64,000 bases of DNA from the human T2T-CHM13v2.0 reference genome, Homo sapiens: assembly GCF_009914755.1 (NCBI RefSeq), contig NC_060930.1. One strand, 5' to 3'. Each line of letters opens with the position of its first letter. Positions within the stretch are counted from its first letter, which is position 1. The notes below the pieces were generated by a model. It saw only the letters and a program-made list of their open reading frames with translations. It had not been told where the DNA came from and made no database searches. The translations under genes were made by a program, and so were the position numbers. This document shows, piece by piece, positions 58,057-64,000 of this stretch.

Positions 58057-58494
58057 TGATGATTTTCAAGATCCTTTTAGAGGAGACTAAGCTAATAAAT
58101 ACTAATATTAATACCAATACCTTAGCCAGGCACAGTGGCTCATGCCTATAATCCCAGCACTTTGGGAGGCCAAGGCCAGCCTGGCCAACATGGTGAAACC
58201 CCACCTCCACTAAAAATACAAAAATTAGCTGGGAGTGGTGGCACGTGCCTATAATACCAGCTACTCAGGAGGCTGAGGCAGGAGAATCGCTTGAACCCGG
58301 GAGGCGGAGGTTGGGGTGAGCCAAGATAGTGCTACTGCTATCCAGCCTGGGCAACAGAGTGAGACCCTGTCTCAAAAAACAAAATAAAACAAAACAAAAC
58401 AAAACAAAAAAATACCAATATCTTAAATTTATGTAACACTTGACAGTTTACTTTTATCCTTATTTTTTCTTTTCTTTTTTTTTTTTTTTTTTGA

Positions 58495-58707
<213 letters not shown>

Positions 58708-59237
58708 TAAAGTGATCCACCCACCTCGGCCTCCCAAAGTGCTGGGATTACAGGTGTGAGCTGCCATGCCCGGCCTTCCTTATTTTTTCATTGTTTTAAT
58801 GTTTTATTTTCTTTGGCCATGTCACTAGTAATACCTTATAGTTTTTCAATATATCCATATATTCTCTTATCTCATTCTCAGGAAAAACAAAATTACATTG
58901 GCTTATTTTTTAATAGCTTTATTATTTTTGAAAGACTCATACATGCTTGTTGCAACTAAAATTAAGCAATATAGAAATTGTAAAAAAAAGAAAGTAAAAA
59001 TCACCCTAAATCCCACTACTCAGAGATAACCACTGTTAATATTTGAGTAAATATGTTTTTCATCTGTTTCTCCATTTGTATAATGTGACTAAATGGGATC
59101 ATACTCTGCCTTTCTAGGCTGCTTTTTTTCACTGAGAGTATGCTGACAACAGCTTTCCACATCAGTAAATATATATGCATGTCATTATTTATATTTATTT
59201 TAATTTTGTTTGTTTATTTTCTAGTTTTTGTTTTTGA

Positions 59238-59384
<147 letters not shown>

Positions 59385-60003
59385 TAATTTTTTGTAGAGA
59401 TGAGATCTCACTATGTTGCCCAAACTGGTCTTTAACTCCTAGGCTCAAACAATCCTCCTGCCTCAGCTTCCCAAAGTGCTGGGATTACAGGCATGAGCCA
59501 CTGCACCCAACTCCATTATTATTTTTAATGATTGTATAGTATTCCAATTTAAGGATACATTTCCCTTGACCAGTGACCTGTTGATGAAGTTTGAGACTAC
59601 TTCCAATTTCTGATTGTCATAAGAAATTATTAGCCCTAATTTAAAGATTAGGGAATTGAAGCTCTGAAGAAGCTAAATGACCCTCTTTTCAAAATTCAGG
59701 TCTAGAACTAAGCTACTTGGGCCAAGCCCCAGATTTCTGACTTTTTTTTTTTAAGACGAGGTCTCACTATGTTGCCCAGGCATGTCTTGAACTCCTGAGG
59801 TCAAGGGGTCCTGGCCCAGACTTCTGACTCAAAACAGTTCTCTCTCCAAATGAACCACAAGAATAGAAAGCTGGAATTCTTGAAATATAATAGGAGTTGA
59901 CATTCTTGACATATAATATAGAATTGACAACAAAAAATGAGATGTTTTTAACTGTCCCATTTCTTTTTGTTTCCTTTTTTAATCAGTCTACATCATACTT
60001 TGA

Positions 60004-61230
<1,227 letters not shown>

Positions 61231-62151
61231 TGTTGTTTTTTACCTGGCCCTTTGGTTTTGTTACCATGAAGTATACTGCATGTGGCAGAGATAAACGTTT
61301 GGCATAAACAGAAAATATCTGTGAATGAATAATTTTATATATATATATATATAAAAGGATAAATGGCAGTCATCTGGTCCTTTCCCAGTAATAGGAGTCA
61401 CTTATCAGAAAAATAAATTGTCTGCATGAACTTGACCCTGGAAAGATGAGACACAGTTCGGCTCTACATGCGTGGGTAGTGCTGCTCTGGCTGGACATGT
61501 GACAGCTGGCAGGGGGCCCTCGGCAGTGGGCCCAGGCAGGCATCTGGGTAGGGGCGAGGCCTCAGGGAGCAAGGAAGGCCTCAGCCCTCCCCTTAGCATA
61601 CATTTTTCAAGGGCAGACCTGCCTAGGAGGGTCACATGTCTGACGCCTTTGCCAGGCCTCCAAACATAGAAAAGCTGCAGGGTTCTATGAAAAATGAAGC
61701 CTTTGTGTCAAAAATAGACCTTCAAGGAGAAAATTAAAAGCTGTTTCCTGAAGCTAGGCAAAGGGGAGCTATCCTGGAAAGGAAAATGCCTGGAAAGCAA
61801 GTTTGAATTTTGAAGGACCATGCTAACAAGTGATGATAACCCAGGGGCCTCCTCTCAGAGACCCCGTAGAATTTCACTGGACTCATTTGCCTCCAATCTC
61901 CTCGAATCTCACACTGCAGAACTTCTGGGATGATTTAAAGTGAGTTTCTACAGAAAAGGAAAAATCAAGTGACTGTCAGGTGCTTAACTGGTTAGGAACA
62001 TCGAAGATGGCTGCTTGATAAAGAAAGCAAATCAGAACAAAACAGAAAGCCCTAAACAGGAATCGCTAGAAAGGAACTCTTTGTAACTGATAATAGCAGC
62101 CTGCTGTAAAGGCATCCCCAAAGGTAAAATGCTCATTTCCTCCACAAAAGA

Positions 62152-62204
62152 GTGTGTGTGTGTGTGTCTCTGTGTGTGTCTGTGTGTCAGAGAGACAGAG
62201 ACAG
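62152..62204. repeat. (TG)n/(GA)n microsatellite
   Basis: Read directly from the sequence. Confidence 0.85.
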
Positions 62205-62414
62205 AATGAGGTGGAAGAGGCCAAGACTAGAGAGAATAAGTGAATATTTCCTTTCTCTCTCCAGACCTCATGTGGCCAAAAGCTAAACAGGTCCATAATC
62301 AGCACACTATTGACCTATCGTTGTGTGTATCCTTAAGCTAGTATCTCAAGGGTCTAATTCCCTAAATCACAGTCACTTGGGAGCAGGTGGGTCTTGTTAA
62401 AAATGCCCATTCTT

Positions 62415-63603
<1,189 letters not shown>

Positions 63604-64000
63604 TTAAAGCTTGAAGGTCATTACCACTTCTTTTCTTTTCTTTCTTTCTTTCTTTCTTTTTTTTGAAACAAGCTTTTACTCTGTCGCCCAGGCTGGAGTG
63701 CAACGGCATGATCTCCGCTCACTGCAGCCTCCACCTCCTGGACTCAAGTAGCTGGAGCCACAGGTGCGTGCCACCATGTCCGGCTAATTTTTTGGTTTTT
63801 GGTAGAGACAAGGTCTCACTTTGTTATCCAGGCTTGTTTTGAACTCCTGGGCTCAAGCGATCCTCCTGCCTCAGCTTCCCAAAGTGCTGGGATTACAGGC
63901 ATAAACCACTGAGCCCAGCAGAAGATTAAGTTAGTTGTTTATTAATGGTTTGCTCAATAGTTCAACTTGATTACAAGTCAGCAAATTAGGCCGGGCGCGG

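Overview
Human (primate) genomic DNA, very Alu-rich. It contains the 5' half of ILRUN (C6orf106) on the minus strand: CpG-island promoter and 5'UTR (~48.3-49.1 kb), coding exon 1 (48422-48579), a 41.8-kb intron 1 and coding exon 2 (6475-6629), plus ~15 kb of upstream sequence. Almost all ORFs in the track are Alu or low-complexity artefacts. Intron 1 holds several retrocopies: an RPL36A processed pseudogene (inserted in an L1 and itself split by an AluYd-type element), a 7SL copy with TSD, and two U13/SNORD13 copies. It also holds old L1, L2, MIR, MLT1 and hAT fossils. I see no new protein-coding system. The most unusual directly visible signals are: (1) a 33-36 kb cluster of locally templated insertions and fold-back palindromes around an AT-rich repeat, resembling DNA-repair scars; (2) a polarised stack of serial Alu insertions at one target site in a MER5A (62.4-63.5 kb), capped by a pristine AluYa5 arm; (3) a 3-codon uORF in frame with the ILRUN CDS, just downstream of a G-quadruplex motif. 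Repeat subfamily calls and boundaries are by eye against recalled consensus sequences and are approximate.
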